Counted from the first letter of the stretch, positions 19,389-29,620 are shown. The stretch is 64,000 bases of DNA from Candidatus Poribacteria bacterium (GCA_036339735.1 JAYZAL010000101.1:8537-72536), one strand, 5' to 3'. The notes: generated by a model from the letters alone, not told the origin. A program made the numbers and translations.

Positions 19389-19664
19389 CTATTTTTTAGC
19401 CTGATTTTTGATACAAGCTTCGATTTTGTTAGCATCCACTCTGTAACTGAACAATACTTCATTAGCTTGATCAGCTGAAGTTACCAATTCACCCACAGGT
19501 ATTAGGTGTCGGTACTTCGCAAACAGATCATCGTTTTGGGTAATATCGGTTTCTATAAGTTGGTGCGGGATCTTGCGAGCTAAGCCTTTCAGATCATTCT
19601 TAGCTTTAGTACAAAGTGGACAGTTAGGTTTAGTGTAAAAAAGAATTTTCGGTTTAAGCGACAT
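19389..19664 (-). CDS. Glutaredoxin-like protein (DUF836 type)
   Basis: YTKPNCPLC, DIT..DDL..KY..LIPV. Confidence 0.8.
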   Translation of the reverse strand: MSLKPKILFYTKPNCPLCTKAKNDLKGLARKIPHQLIETDITQNDDLFAKYRHLIPVGELVTSADQANEVLFSYRVDANKIEACIKNQAKK

Positions 19665-20472
19665 CTAGTATGTTTTCTGGCATGTTTTCCAAGCGTGACA
19701 TCCAGTAGGCGTGGTCAAATTTGTCATCACCTATCAAGAAACGCCAGAATTTGATACGGTTGACTTGCTCTAGCCGGACCTCGTTACCATACCAACGATG
19801 ATGGCGACCAATGATCCCATGGACAGCCGAATCGTCGAGATCGTCAGTATTCCACAGCCTCAGTTGACGTACAGTGGGATTGAGGCGCAGTTTGAACATG
19901 TATCGGGTTTCTTCAGTGTGATTAGGTTGAGCACAATGCCATATGCCATGGTGAACAACGATAACCGTCCCTGCTTTGCAAATAGTTGGGACTTGACCAA
20001 CAAAGTTCTGATAACGAGCTACATCAGTTTCACTAATCAAACGAAAATGACTACCTGGTAAAATCGCAGTTCCACCCATCTCACGGGGCGTGTCGTGACA
20101 AAAATAATAGAACTGGATATCGAAGTGCATACGCATATCGATAATTGCATCGGCATGCCAAATCTGTCCGCTACGGTTTTGAGCATTGACAATATGTGTT
20201 GCTTGATGATCGTAGAGTGGATCTGGACCAACTAGACTATGAATAATTCCTTGGATTTCAGGTTGATTGAAAATCTGTCGGATAGCAGATTTATCAGACC
20301 AAACTTGACTGAATCTTACCCCAGCTTGGCCGGTTTCGACTTTTCGATCCTGCATTTCTTGATGAGCGGCCTGATTTAGTTCATTCGAGACTAATTCATC
20401 GAACCGCAGGTAGCCATCCGTTACGAAATTCGCCATTTGTTTTGAATTGAGCAGATGTTTTTTATCAATCAT
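19654..20472 (-). CDS. Phytanoyl-CoA dioxygenase (PhyH) family protein
   Basis: FVTDGYL, WHAD, GGTAILPGSH and IWHCA..N...RYMFK. Confidence 0.88.
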   Translation of the reverse strand: MIDKKHLLNSKQMANFVTDGYLRFDELVSNELNQAAHQEMQDRKVETGQAGVRFSQVWSDKSAIRQIFNQPEIQGIIHSLVGPDPLYDHQATHIVNAQNRSGQIWHADAIIDMRMHFDIQFYYFCHDTPREMGGTAILPGSHFRLISETDVARYQNFVGQVPTICKAGTVIVVHHGIWHCAQPNHTEETRYMFKLRLNPTVRQLRLWNTDDLDDSAVHGIIGRHHRWYGNEVRLEQVNRIKFWRFLIGDDKFDHAYWMSRLENMPENILDVA

Positions 20473-20746
20473 CGATTGTCTCCAATTGTTCTAAAATATA
20501 CTCAAACTTTAAGTAAGAAGTATTATATTCCATACCGGGAAATGCGGGAAACTGTTGTGGGAATTGAATCACCCGCCAGCCATCCTTCATTGCATCTAAT
20601 ACGCTGCCGTATGGTGGCTGGTCACTGTCAGCAGTGGTATGTATCTCCTTGCCTGTCCCATCGTAGATTGACCAAGCACCCACAGGACTGCTGAGGTCAG
20701 GTGTTTGTAACCATAAGACAAGTAGTTTTTGTCTCAGTTTTGACAT
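20465..20746 (-). CDS. Small hypothetical protein coupled to the PhyH gene
   Basis: 93-aa ORF overlapping the next start by 8 nt, with PPY.SVLDAMKDGWRVIQFP. Confidence 0.75.
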   Translation of the reverse strand: MSKLRQKLLVLWLQTPDLSSPVGAWSIYDGTGKEIHTTADSDQPPYGSVLDAMKDGWRVIQFPQQFPAFPGMEYNTSYLKFEYILEQLETIDD

Positions 20747-20759
20747 ATTTTATTACTCA

Positions 20760-21683
20760 TTATTCGTCTGTTTGATCAGATGATGATCGGTCGAACCATC
20801 CTTCGAATTTAACGGACTTTGATTGTTGCCAACTAGTCAAGTAAAGTTGCGCTGTAAACTGGACTGCAGCTCGTGTTCGATCATTGACAAATTTGGCGAC
20901 TGGTTTTGAAACCTTCCATTCTTCTCGTTCTTGACCTTTTTTAGGTAATTCTTTCTCTATTTCATAGACTGTATCAACCATTCTGTGAGAACTATTAAAA
21001 TGATCTAAAACAGCGTCCATCAAGTCACCTTCAAAAGCGTTAATCTCTTGATCTTTTGTCAAATCAAGGGCTCGCAACTCCATGTACTCAATAATAGAAT
21101 CAATTTTTTCATGTATACCACTATGTGGGGATTTTCCGTCAGATTTGGCGCGTCCGTCAAAGTGAATCGTCGTATGCAATGGTTGGGATTGATCTTGAGC
21201 ATAATGGGCAAGAAAACCTGCATACAACAGACATTTTTGCTGTATGAAAGTATTATTTGGCCAACGCCGATACTCAGCCAACGCAATTGTAAGTCGTTGA
21301 GCCCACTCGCCTATACTATAGGGTACAAAACCGACTTGCTCTGGTTTGACTCCCACTTCCTGACATAATGCAATGAACTCATATCGACTTTTGGGAAGTT
21401 GTTTACCTTCAAGAAACTCCAAATCCAAATAATGCTCACTATGTTCGGCTTTCCTTAGGTACTTGGCAGCTCGGTTCTTGGCCAAATCAGGATCATAGAC
21501 ATAATGAGCAATAGCATCTTCACCTTGTCGAAAGAACTCTGGCATTTCTGCAGGTAATGATCTAACTGCAGCTCTAACTAGGACAGAATGACCGCCCGGC
21601 CACCAAGACCAAGCTGAACTTGAGACTAACATTAGGCAAACTAACACAATTTGTCCAAGTAACTTAGTAAGATTTTTCATCAA
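20760..21683 (-). CDS. Secreted S1/P1 nuclease / Zn-phospholipase C fold protein
   Basis: Signal peptide then W-W-P-G-G-H. Zn ligands in HYLD, HYAQDQSQPLH and GIHEKID. Confidence 0.82.
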   Translation of the reverse strand: MMKNLTKLLGQIVLVCLMLVSSSAWSWWPGGHSVLVRAAVRSLPAEMPEFFRQGEDAIAHYVYDPDLAKNRAAKYLRKAEHSEHYLDLEFLEGKQLPKSRYEFIALCQEVGVKPEQVGFVPYSIGEWAQRLTIALAEYRRWPNNTFIQQKCLLYAGFLAHYAQDQSQPLHTTIHFDGRAKSDGKSPHSGIHEKIDSIIEYMELRALDLTKDQEINAFEGDLMDAVLDHFNSSHRMVDTVYEIEKELPKKGQEREEWKVSKPVAKFVNDRTRAAVQFTAQLYLTSWQQSKSVKFEGWFDRSSSDQTDE

Positions 21684-21723
21684 ATTTACACTCCTTGAAT
21701 TTCCAATGATGTTTTTCCAAACA

Positions 21724-22512
21724 TCATTTTTTTTCAGCTACAAATACCATTACTTCACTATTGTGGTAGTCATATACTGAATCCTCTTGGTATCCACCCC
21801 GTAGTTCGAGGAGGTTAAAACCAGCTAACTCCAGTAGGAGTTCCATCTCGGGTCGAAAGACATAACGTGATGATACCAAATGTGATTCTCTATCGATAGA
21901 TCCATCGGTACCAATTTTGTCATAAATAAACTCTACTGTTTGTAATTGATTAACCAGATCAAGTTTGATACGATCATTTCGAACATAGGTTTTTCCCGTC
22001 AGCTCATCTTGGTAAACTCCACGATAGATAGGGAGTTCTTTCCGGTGATAATCATATTGCGATAAATCTCGATGGCGTGGAGTAAAGATATCAATAATGA
22101 TACGACCATCATCCGATAACATCTGACACATGTTTTTTAGAGTAGATAATTGGTCATCTCGCGATATAAGGTGTAAAAAGGTATTATAGGCGATGAAAAT
22201 CAATTTAAACTGAGTGTCCCCAACAATATCACTCCTCATATCACCATCGACGAATCGAATCTGGCCAACCATTTGATCTTGTAATTGTGCTAAATGTTGG
22301 CGAGCGATACTCATCATCCCAACTGAGCTGTCCATACCCCAAACATCAAACCCTCGCTTTGCCAACCGAAAAATTACCCGCCCGGTCCCACTACCTAGTT
22401 CGAGAATTGGTCCACCTACATCCTCAGCATGGCGAACGTACATAGGAATATCATCTGATTTAGTTCCCATATCTAAGTCGTAGACTGATGCTAATCGATC
22501 AAAGTCGTTCAA
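21724..22512 (-). CDS. Class I SAM-dependent methyltransferase
   Basis: ILELGSGTGR, GMDSS..M and GDMR. Confidence 0.9.
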   Translation of the reverse strand: MNDFDRLASVYDLDMGTKSDDIPMYVRHAEDVGGPILELGSGTGRVIFRLAKRGFDVWGMDSSVGMMSIARQHLAQLQDQMVGQIRFVDGDMRSDIVGDTQFKLIFIAYNTFLHLISRDDQLSTLKNMCQMLSDDGRIIIDIFTPRHRDLSQYDYHRKELPIYRGVYQDELTGKTYVRNDRIKLDLVNQLQTVEFIYDKIGTDGSIDRESHLVSSRYVFRPEMELLLELAGFNLLELRGGYQEDSVYDYHNSEVMVFVAEKK

Positions 22513-24077
22513 TGGTTTACTCCTGCTAACTCAAAATTACAACGCAATTGAAATGCCAACTGATGTTGACGTATAGTCGTTTCTTCCAGTTCTTCTTTAT
22601 CTTGGCTGACAATTATAAATTGATAAGAACCACATATCTGCCAACACTGTTTTTGCCAACGACGCGAAGTCTTGCTTAATATAGGCTCATAGAAGAAATC
22701 AAAACTCAGATGATTTTGTTTCTTCACTGGGCCAGAGGGAAAACGAATACTGTGATGTTCATTTTCTCCTTCAAATTGATCTCCAATATCGGCTACACCT
22801 TGACGTTCTAGTTGATAGCGGAGACAAACTAACCAATCTTGATTAACCCAATAATTTGTTTTGATCACTGCTAAATCTGCGTCGTTACCAATCCGGTGGC
22901 CTATCACTGAACCAAAGTGAGTAAATGAGTTAGTCTCTACTAGGTGAGTATAGGTCCAGCGGTTAACTCGTGTGTACGTTAGGCTGAACACTAATTGCTT
23001 ATTTCTCAATAGATTTCCCAACTCTGTACCAATCACGATTGCTAAGTCATTAGGATCATCCCGACTAGTGTAAGAAAAATCGTCCACCAGAAATTCAGCC
23101 CACAACCGCCATCCATGAAGAGGCCGAAAGGAAAAATCGAATAGAAACATAACGTTGTCATTACTGTCAGATCGATTGTTATTTTCGGAATTATACTGAC
23201 TGGCATAGTAAGGCAAAATTGGGTTTGTATAATACCATTCCAAGCTCCTTTGTTCACCACTGTACAAAACCAGCTCAGAGATTGCCACTTGTATAGTGCG
23301 GGAAACTTGCCAATCCAGCCGGTGCCCAGCCAAATATCGATTAGCTAGATACCTCCTAGGTCGTGTCGCCCACATGGGGTCTAATTTTGCAGTGAATGCT
23401 GTTCCCATAACAGGTCCAATTTGGCCTTGTAGTGAGATAAGATCGAAATTAGGCGAATTATCGGAAATTCCAATTGCGCTTCTCGTGCCAGCCCCCCAAA
23501 AAATAGCATCTCGGCCTACTTTAATCCGAAATCGACTAGCAATCGGAAATACGATGAACACACGCCTGAAGTCGCCAATGTAACCTCCGTACCAGGGGTT
23601 AACCCGTTGTCCTGCCGTCTTACCTTGTTTGGGGTATTTGTTGGTGGAATTTGCTACTTCAAATTCTTGATGAAAAATTAAACCATTAGCATGAAAATAC
23701 CGTGCTGCTAACAACAAGGCAGGAGCAACGCGATGAGCATTTTTATCTTTTCTTAACTGAATTGAACCCCTTACCTTGAATCGACCACCATGCTGTTTAG
23801 CCAAAATTGCACGCTCTAAGCTAAACTCATCGAGCAATTTGCTATACAATGCTTTGTTCAAACGACTTGATGGTTTGAACAAAGCATTGTCTAGACGTTT
23901 CGCTACTTCGAACCGACTTTTGGGACGTGTATGCCAATACGCTGACTCAAGGATACCATCGGTGTACAACTTTTCGAGGCTATGACCAACCCAACTGTCG
24001 AATTGGAATGAGGTCGATGGTGCGGAAAACGCCCCAATGCTGACTAGCACCAAGATACTCAGCATAACCAACTTCAT
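22509..24077 (-). CDS. Wzi-family outer-membrane capsule assembly protein
   Basis: Signal peptide, GRD..FWG.G...IGISDNS, YL.GHRL, SE.VLY, D.NDN and WAEFLVDD. Confidence 0.75.
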   Translation of the reverse strand: MKLVMLSILVLVSIGAFSAPSTSFQFDSWVGHSLEKLYTDGILESAYWHTRPKSRFEVAKRLDNALFKPSSRLNKALYSKLLDEFSLERAILAKQHGGRFKVRGSIQLRKDKNAHRVAPALLLAARYFHANGLIFHQEFEVANSTNKYPKQGKTAGQRVNPWYGGYIGDFRRVFIVFPIASRFRIKVGRDAIFWGAGTRSAIGISDNSPNFDLISLQGQIGPVMGTAFTAKLDPMWATRPRRYLANRYLAGHRLDWQVSRTIQVAISELVLYSGEQRSLEWYYTNPILPYYASQYNSENNNRSDSNDNVMFLFDFSFRPLHGWRLWAEFLVDDFSYTSRDDPNDLAIVIGTELGNLLRNKQLVFSLTYTRVNRWTYTHLVETNSFTHFGSVIGHRIGNDADLAVIKTNYWVNQDWLVCLRYQLERQGVADIGDQFEGENEHHSIRFPSGPVKKQNHLSFDFFYEPILSKTSRRWQKQCWQICGSYQFIIVSQDKEELEETTIRQHQLAFQLRCNFELAGVNH

Positions 24078-24127
24078 GAAGCGATCCTAGCTGATTTACT
24101 CAACAATGTCAAGGTTTAGCGTCTATC

Positions 24128-25099
24128 TCACAAGGCTTGGCTAGACTTTGACCTGTAATCGAGGAGTGCAGCTAGCAAAGACTGAACACTATCAAAGCGA
24201 TCCTCGACCTTTTTTTGTAAAGCTCGGCAGCAGATATGTTCTAATTCAGGAGGGATTAATCGATTTGGTGCCACTTGGCTAGGTTTAGGTAATGGATTTT
24301 CCAGAAGGGATTGCCGAATTTGCTTGACGGTTTCACCATGTAGTAGTTGCTTTTGCGTCAAAATTTCGAACAATACATTACCTAGGCAGAATACATCGAC
24401 CCGACCATCGACAAATTTATCTCCTCGCATTAGTTCAGGAGCAGTATAAAGTGGTGTTCCGTAACGACGTCCCACAGGAGTTATCATAGTATTAATCAAG
24501 TGGTCTGTGTCTGAGGAAGTACTGGTGTCGTTCTCACCCCAGACTTTGGCTAATCCCCAGTCAATTACATAAGTTTCACCAAATTCACCTGTTAGAATAT
24601 TTGCTGGCTTTAGGTCCCGATGAACGACTCCTCTCTGATGTGCGTGAGCAACGGTTTGACAGACCTGAATAAGAATATCAATCAATACTGATAAAGGAAA
24701 TAGTTGTTTAGTGTGCTCGTCTTCATGACCCAAAGATAGAATGACACTTCTCAGATCACGACCATTTATGTGTTTCATAGTAAAAAAGAGTGAGCCATTA
24801 CGATCTCGTCCCAGCTCGTAAACAGGTAATGTGCCGGGGTGAGCAATATTAGCTGTTACTCGAGCTTCACGCAAAAAACGATGTGTCTCAATTGGGCTGT
24901 TTTTGAGGTGACTATGTAAGGTTTTGTAGACGACTTTTCGACGTAAGTTTTCGTCGAAACATGTATACAGTTTAGCGGTACCTCCTTCCGCCATTAGCCT
25001 GAAATCGCTGTATTTTAGCGAACCGCTTTTCCAATGCAAAGACAAGGTTTTATCAGTTTCGGACAAGAGAAAAAAGCCATCAGATAAATGTGTTTCCAT
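24128..25099 (-). CDS. Hanks-type Ser/Thr protein kinase, kinase domain only
   Basis: RFLREARVTA, HRDLKPANIL, IDWGLAK, GTPLYTAPE and DVFCLG. Confidence 0.93.
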   Translation of the reverse strand: METHLSDGFFLLSETDKTLSLHWKSGSLKYSDFRLMAEGGTAKLYTCFDENLRRKVVYKTLHSHLKNSPIETHRFLREARVTANIAHPGTLPVYELGRDRNGSLFFTMKHINGRDLRSVILSLGHEDEHTKQLFPLSVLIDILIQVCQTVAHAHQRGVVHRDLKPANILTGEFGETYVIDWGLAKVWGENDTSTSSDTDHLINTMITPVGRRYGTPLYTAPELMRGDKFVDGRVDVFCLGNVLFEILTQKQLLHGETVKQIRQSLLENPLPKPSQVAPNRLIPPELEHICCRALQKKVEDRFDSVQSLLAALLDYRSKSSQAL

Positions 25100-25161
25100 A
25101 TAGACAATTTTGTGCCCTATAGCATTACCTATTTTCGGAGAAGCTAGTAGAGTTCGGACAC

Positions 25162-26109
25162 CTATTTTTTTAGGTAATACGGTTGAAAGTTAAAAATATC
25201 ATCGGTGTTTGTATTGACGGTAATGTCAACACCTGAAACAAAGGGCGAGCCAAACACCTCTATCCGTCTAAAGTGATTATAGGCTTGATTTTTCCGATCC
25301 CTAAACGGTTTGTCGATACGGTATAGATGTGTATCGCCATGTATACAAATTACTGGATAACGATAGGACGCCAAGAATTGATGTAAAAGATCTAGAAAGC
25401 CTTCAAAACCTTCACCATTTCCATACTCGTATTCTCCAGAATCCTCAAAGTTAGGGTTGGCATGAATAATTAATATTACACCAGCAAACTTTTGTCTCTC
25501 AGCCAAGTTAAAGCTTTATTTCAAAAATGAAAGGGTTGCTGTATTTCTTTCACGGAATTCTTTCATAGCAACCACAGATTGTGGCCAGTAATTGTTGTTA
25601 CTACCGACAATGTGCGCCACTACAAATAAGACACTACTTTTGGTAAAACGATAATTTTCAATATATTTTTGAAATCTTGGGTTTTGAGATTGCTGTTCAA
25701 CATTCAATTCATTCAGTCGCAAGGTTCGGCTGTCATGGTAGAACATTAGTCTCAATTTTTTCAATCGTTCTACAGGGTCTTGGCCGGTACGATGGCAGTC
25801 AGTCCAATCGTTGTCCCCTGGAGTGTAGACAACTGGTTTGGGGTAGTCTCGAAATATTTGGCATATCTGATCGAAGGACTGGTCTGAACACTCAGCATAA
25901 CTAGCTTTGAAGTCTCCCACATGAACCAAAAAGGAAAAATCTTCTGATTCTGATTGCTGGAGTAGTTGACGGTATTTGTCGAATTGCTCCGCCGAATAGG
26001 GTAAATCACCTGTAGCTAAAAAGCGAAAGCTTTCACCACAAACCTTGAGCTTGATATTAATAAGTAAGACCATCAGAACGAGCATCGGTAAATGGGTTCT
26101 ATTTTTCAT
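25162..26109 (-). pseudogene. Secreted calcineurin-like metallophosphoesterase interrupted by an in-frame TAA
   Basis: ORFs 25516-26109 (GDLPY, VHVGD, TPGDNDW) and 25162-25506 (IIHANP, IHGDTH) share a frame and read ...SFLK*SFNLAERQ... Confidence 0.8.
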
Positions 26110-26197
26110 TATTTTTTATACTACGGTATGGAAGAGGTATATGCTAACTTGGCTGAAGTCGGACCTGAATATTTAGACGTCAAGAATAAGGCTAGCA

Positions 26198-26226
26198 TTG
26201 ACAAGTCCAGTGGTGTGTGGTAGCTT
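26198..26226 (+). promoter_or_regulatory. sigma70-type promoter
   Basis: TTGACA-17-TAGCTT with TGn extension. Confidence 0.5.
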
Positions 26227-26755
26227 CTGTGACGATTTGTTGCTAACAATATTATTGTGGAAATTTAAGGGATAGGATTCCTACAAAATTAAAGCTGTTT
26301 TCAACTGTTACGGTCCTATTCTAACTAATGCAAGAATGGTCAGGCAATACTTACGGCTTGACTAGTAGTTTCGTTTCAAAATGTACAACAGTAAAACCTG
26401 GCAATCTATTGAAAATTGAAATTATTTTTAAATCAGAAACCTACCTGCCAAACACGCAATTATTTATTATAGAAAGTTAGTATGCAATCGGCATATAAGA
26501 CATACACGGTGATTGTGTGGTCGTGTGTTTTTAAATTAAACGAATATCAGATAGAAGGACCGTGAGCTGTAGATTAGCAAGTTAATCATGGATCTTAGTA
26601 ACAAAGCTAAGTTTGAATTCCAGGAAAGAAAATGAAGTGTTTTCCCGGTGTCGGGAAGGCTCAGAGCTGTCCGAGTGAATGTGTTTGATTGGAAGAATCG
26701 AGTTAATTGGCTCGATCATATTCAGAATATAGTCAGGCTTTAAGGAGAAAGAGTA

Positions 26756-27883
26756 ATGGCACTCAAAGTTGGTATTGTTGGTCTTAGTGGAATTGGTAAT
26801 AACCACGCTAACTGCTACGACCAAAATGAATTATCGGATCTTGTTGCAGTTTGTGACATGGTTAAGGAACGAGCAGACGCGACTGCTGAACGATTAGGAG
26901 TCAAAGCCTACTACGATCAAAAGGCTATGCTGGAAAATGAAGAGCTAGATATTATCGACGTTAGTACTGGTGGGAATGAGAATGGTAGTTGGCACTTTGA
27001 ACCTACCATGATGGCATTGGAACACGGCAAGCATGTTTTAGTGGAAAAGCCGATTTCTAATGATATCAGTGAAGCTCGGCAGATGGTCGCAAAAGCAGAC
27101 GAAAAAGGGGTTTATCTAGCTTGTAATCTAAATCACTATTTTACTCCACCAGCTGAGCAAGCTATGGAATACATGAATGATGGACACGTAGGGGAAGTGG
27201 TATACTGTCTTCACAAAATGGGGTTCGCCGGTGGAGAGAAAAGCTATAGCCCGCAAAATTCTCCCCGAGTTAAGGGGTTTCCTTATTTTCATGTTAAAGC
27301 TTTTCTGGCTCATCCCTTCAGTGTAATGCGCCATTTTTGTGGTGACATTACTCATGTTCAAGCATTCATGAGCCAACCAAGTTTTCGCAAAAAGGCCGGA
27401 GATTTAATGGTGTCGATCAACAGTATTCATGTCAAATTTCAGAGTGGTGCTATCGGCTATCTATTAAGTCAGCGTGGTGATACCACATTCGGTTTAGGTG
27501 GCTGGTGGAGTGTGGAAGTAGGAGGAACACGGGGCACGTTTTGTATTGAAAACTGTATAGAAAAAGTCACATTTTGGCCTTCGCCAGGAACGGAGGATGC
27601 AGCTGTTCCAGAAAAGCTCGACCTCGGAGCATCTTCTGGCTCTATCGTACACGAATCAGGACAATCTGATTTTGGTGCAACATTCCCACTCCGGATTTCT
27701 GCTTTCTTAGAGGATGTAGCTAATCAAGTCCCACTCAATCAGATTCGAGCTTCGGGCCGGGATGCACTAGCAACACTTGAATATACTTGGGCGGCTATAG
27801 AGTCCTACGAGCAAGGTGGGATTTTGGTTCGCCCACACCCTCTACCGACCCTCAAGAGTAATCCAATTACACAGAATGCTTAG
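26756..27883 (+). CDS. Gfo/Idh/MocA oxidoreductase
   Basis: KVGIVGLSGIG, VAVCD and GKHVLVEKP. AAGGAG SD. Confidence 0.92.
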   Translation: MALKVGIVGLSGIGNNHANCYDQNELSDLVAVCDMVKERADATAERLGVKAYYDQKAMLENEELDIIDVSTGGNENGSWHFEPTMMALEHGKHVLVEKPISNDISEARQMVAKADEKGVYLACNLNHYFTPPAEQAMEYMNDGHVGEVVYCLHKMGFAGGEKSYSPQNSPRVKGFPYFHVKAFLAHPFSVMRHFCGDITHVQAFMSQPSFRKKAGDLMVSINSIHVKFQSGAIGYLLSQRGDTTFGLGGWWSVEVGGTRGTFCIENCIEKVTFWPSPGTEDAAVPEKLDLGASSGSIVHESGQSDFGATFPLRISAFLEDVANQVPLNQIRASGRDALATLEYTWAAIESYEQGGILVRPHPLPTLKSNPITQNA

Positions 27884-27931
27884 TAGTTATTCTACTTAAA
27901 ATTTAAAACTAAACAAAAAAGGAGTCATTTA

Positions 27932-28780
27932 GTGAAACTGGGAGCAAATTCCGTTTTGTTCGGTGGTTACGATATGGAAACTGCCTTCAAACACATTGCC
28001 ATGGCTGGTTACGATGGAATCGAGTTGTCGGCCATTAATGGTATGAGCGAGCATTTGGTTCTTGATCATTGGCAAGATTTAGCTGATGATATCAAAGAGT
28101 TGGCAAAAACCTATCAGCTTGAGCTGCTGGCTATGGAGCAACCATCGCGAGATGCTAACCAAATGGAAAAAGCCTTCCAAGCTGCAGCCGAAATCGGTAT
28201 TCCGATCATTAATTGCGGCCCCGGTGGAAAGAGCGATGACGAAAGTGCTTGGCCAGAAGTAATCGACTCGTTGGGCAACTTGTCAGACATGGCCGAGCGA
28301 TATGGTGTAACTTTGTGTGTTAAAGCTCACGTTGGTGCAAGTATTTACAATACTCCAACGACCATTAGAGCAATGGAAGCGATTTCATCGCCGGCTTTCG
28401 GTATTGATATGGATCCGTCTCATATTCATCGGGCAGGCGAAAATCCAGTTGAGGCTATAGCCGCTGTCGTTGAAAGAGTTAAGCATGTCCATATTCGCGA
28501 CTGTCAGGGGGATTATCAGACTAGTCCTGACGAAAGTCAAGATTTTGATAGAGTAGTAAGTGGTCCTAGAGGACCGGGACAACCTGAAATGCAGGCCAAT
28601 GGAAGAGGTAACATTGATTTAGTTGGTTATATCGCCGTTCTGCATGCAAATGGTTACACGGGGCCGCTAAATCTCGAAGTAATAGGAGCAAAAGAATATT
28701 CAATAGAACAGTGCTGCACTATTGCAGCTGAATCCCGTGGACATATGCAAGCCAGTTTACAAGCTTGTGGTGCCAGATGA
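27932..28780 (+). CDS. Sugar phosphate isomerase/epimerase (AP endonuclease 2 TIM barrel)
   Basis: GYDGIEL, DMDPSH, HVHIRD and GY.GPLNLE. Confidence 0.88.
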   Translation: MKLGANSVLFGGYDMETAFKHIAMAGYDGIELSAINGMSEHLVLDHWQDLADDIKELAKTYQLELLAMEQPSRDANQMEKAFQAAAEIGIPIINCGPGGKSDDESAWPEVIDSLGNLSDMAERYGVTLCVKAHVGASIYNTPTTIRAMEAISSPAFGIDMDPSHIHRAGENPVEAIAAVVERVKHVHIRDCQGDYQTSPDESQDFDRVVSGPRGPGQPEMQANGRGNIDLVGYIAVLHANGYTGPLNLEVIGAKEYSIEQCCTIAAESRGHMQASLQACGAR

Positions 28781-28825
28781 TAATTTCATGTTTTATTCAA
28801 CGCATATATATAAGGATTAATTTAC

Positions 28826-29563
28826 ATGTCAAATATTGGTTACGACGATACGCCCTTTCTACCCGAACCTTATTCCCAATGGCGAGTTCACGATGGCCAA
28901 CGACCTCAACCTACTATCGTGACACCGGGCGCCACGAGTGCTGATGCACCATCTGATGCGGTAATTTTGTTTGATGGTACAGACTTATCTGGTTGGCAAA
29001 CAACCAGTGGTGGCCAACCAGAATGGATCGTAGAAAATGGGTATATGCAAGTCACTCCTCGCACTGGTGATATTGTCACCAAAGCTCAATTTGGCGACTG
29101 TCAACTACATCTCGAATGGGCTTCACCTGCTGAAGTCAAAGGGGAAAGTCAAGGTCGAGGGAATAGTGGTATTTTTCTAATGGGGCTGTATGAAGTCCAA
29201 GTCCTAGATGGTTATGATAACCAAACCTACGCCGACGGGATTACTGGTGCTATCTACGCACAATTCCCACCTCGTGTTAACGCCTGTCGCCCACCAGGAG
29301 AATGGCAAACCTATGACATCGTTTTTGAGGCTCCCAAATACCAAGGTGACGATCTTGTCAGTCCAGCCTACTTGACAGTATTTCTGAATGGAATTCTGCT
29401 CCACAACCGCCAGCCTGCGCATGGCCCAACTGGCCACCGAAACTTGTCATCCTATGACAGTGTCCATGGTCCAACTGGACCACTTAAACTACAAGATCAT
29501 GGTGATCTGGTCAAATTTAGAAATATCTGGATGCGTCAGGTTAATTCATATGACCAAGCTTAA
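28826..29563 (+). CDS. DUF1080 (3-keto-glycoside hydrolase/hydratase family) protein
   Basis: LFDGTDLSGW, FGDCQLHLEW, GNSGIF, YEVQVLD and LQDHG..VKFRNIW. Confidence 0.92.
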   Translation: MSNIGYDDTPFLPEPYSQWRVHDGQRPQPTIVTPGATSADAPSDAVILFDGTDLSGWQTTSGGQPEWIVENGYMQVTPRTGDIVTKAQFGDCQLHLEWASPAEVKGESQGRGNSGIFLMGLYEVQVLDGYDNQTYADGITGAIYAQFPPRVNACRPPGEWQTYDIVFEAPKYQGDDLVSPAYLTVFLNGILLHNRQPAHGPTGHRNLSSYDSVHGPTGPLKLQDHGDLVKFRNIWMRQVNSYDQA

Positions 29564-29587
29564 TTCTATTTGAATTCTTGAATATAG

Positions 29588-29620
29588 AAGGGGTATCAAA
29601 AATGTTTTGGTGCCCCTTTT
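29588..29620 (+). terminator. Intrinsic terminator
   Basis: aaggggtatcaaaa/ttttggtgcccctt hairpin with T tail after the operon. Confidence 0.8.

Noticed and set aside
25516-25518. Stop-codon recoding
   Set aside because: The codon is TAA, which terminates many genes in the window, and this is a single instance.
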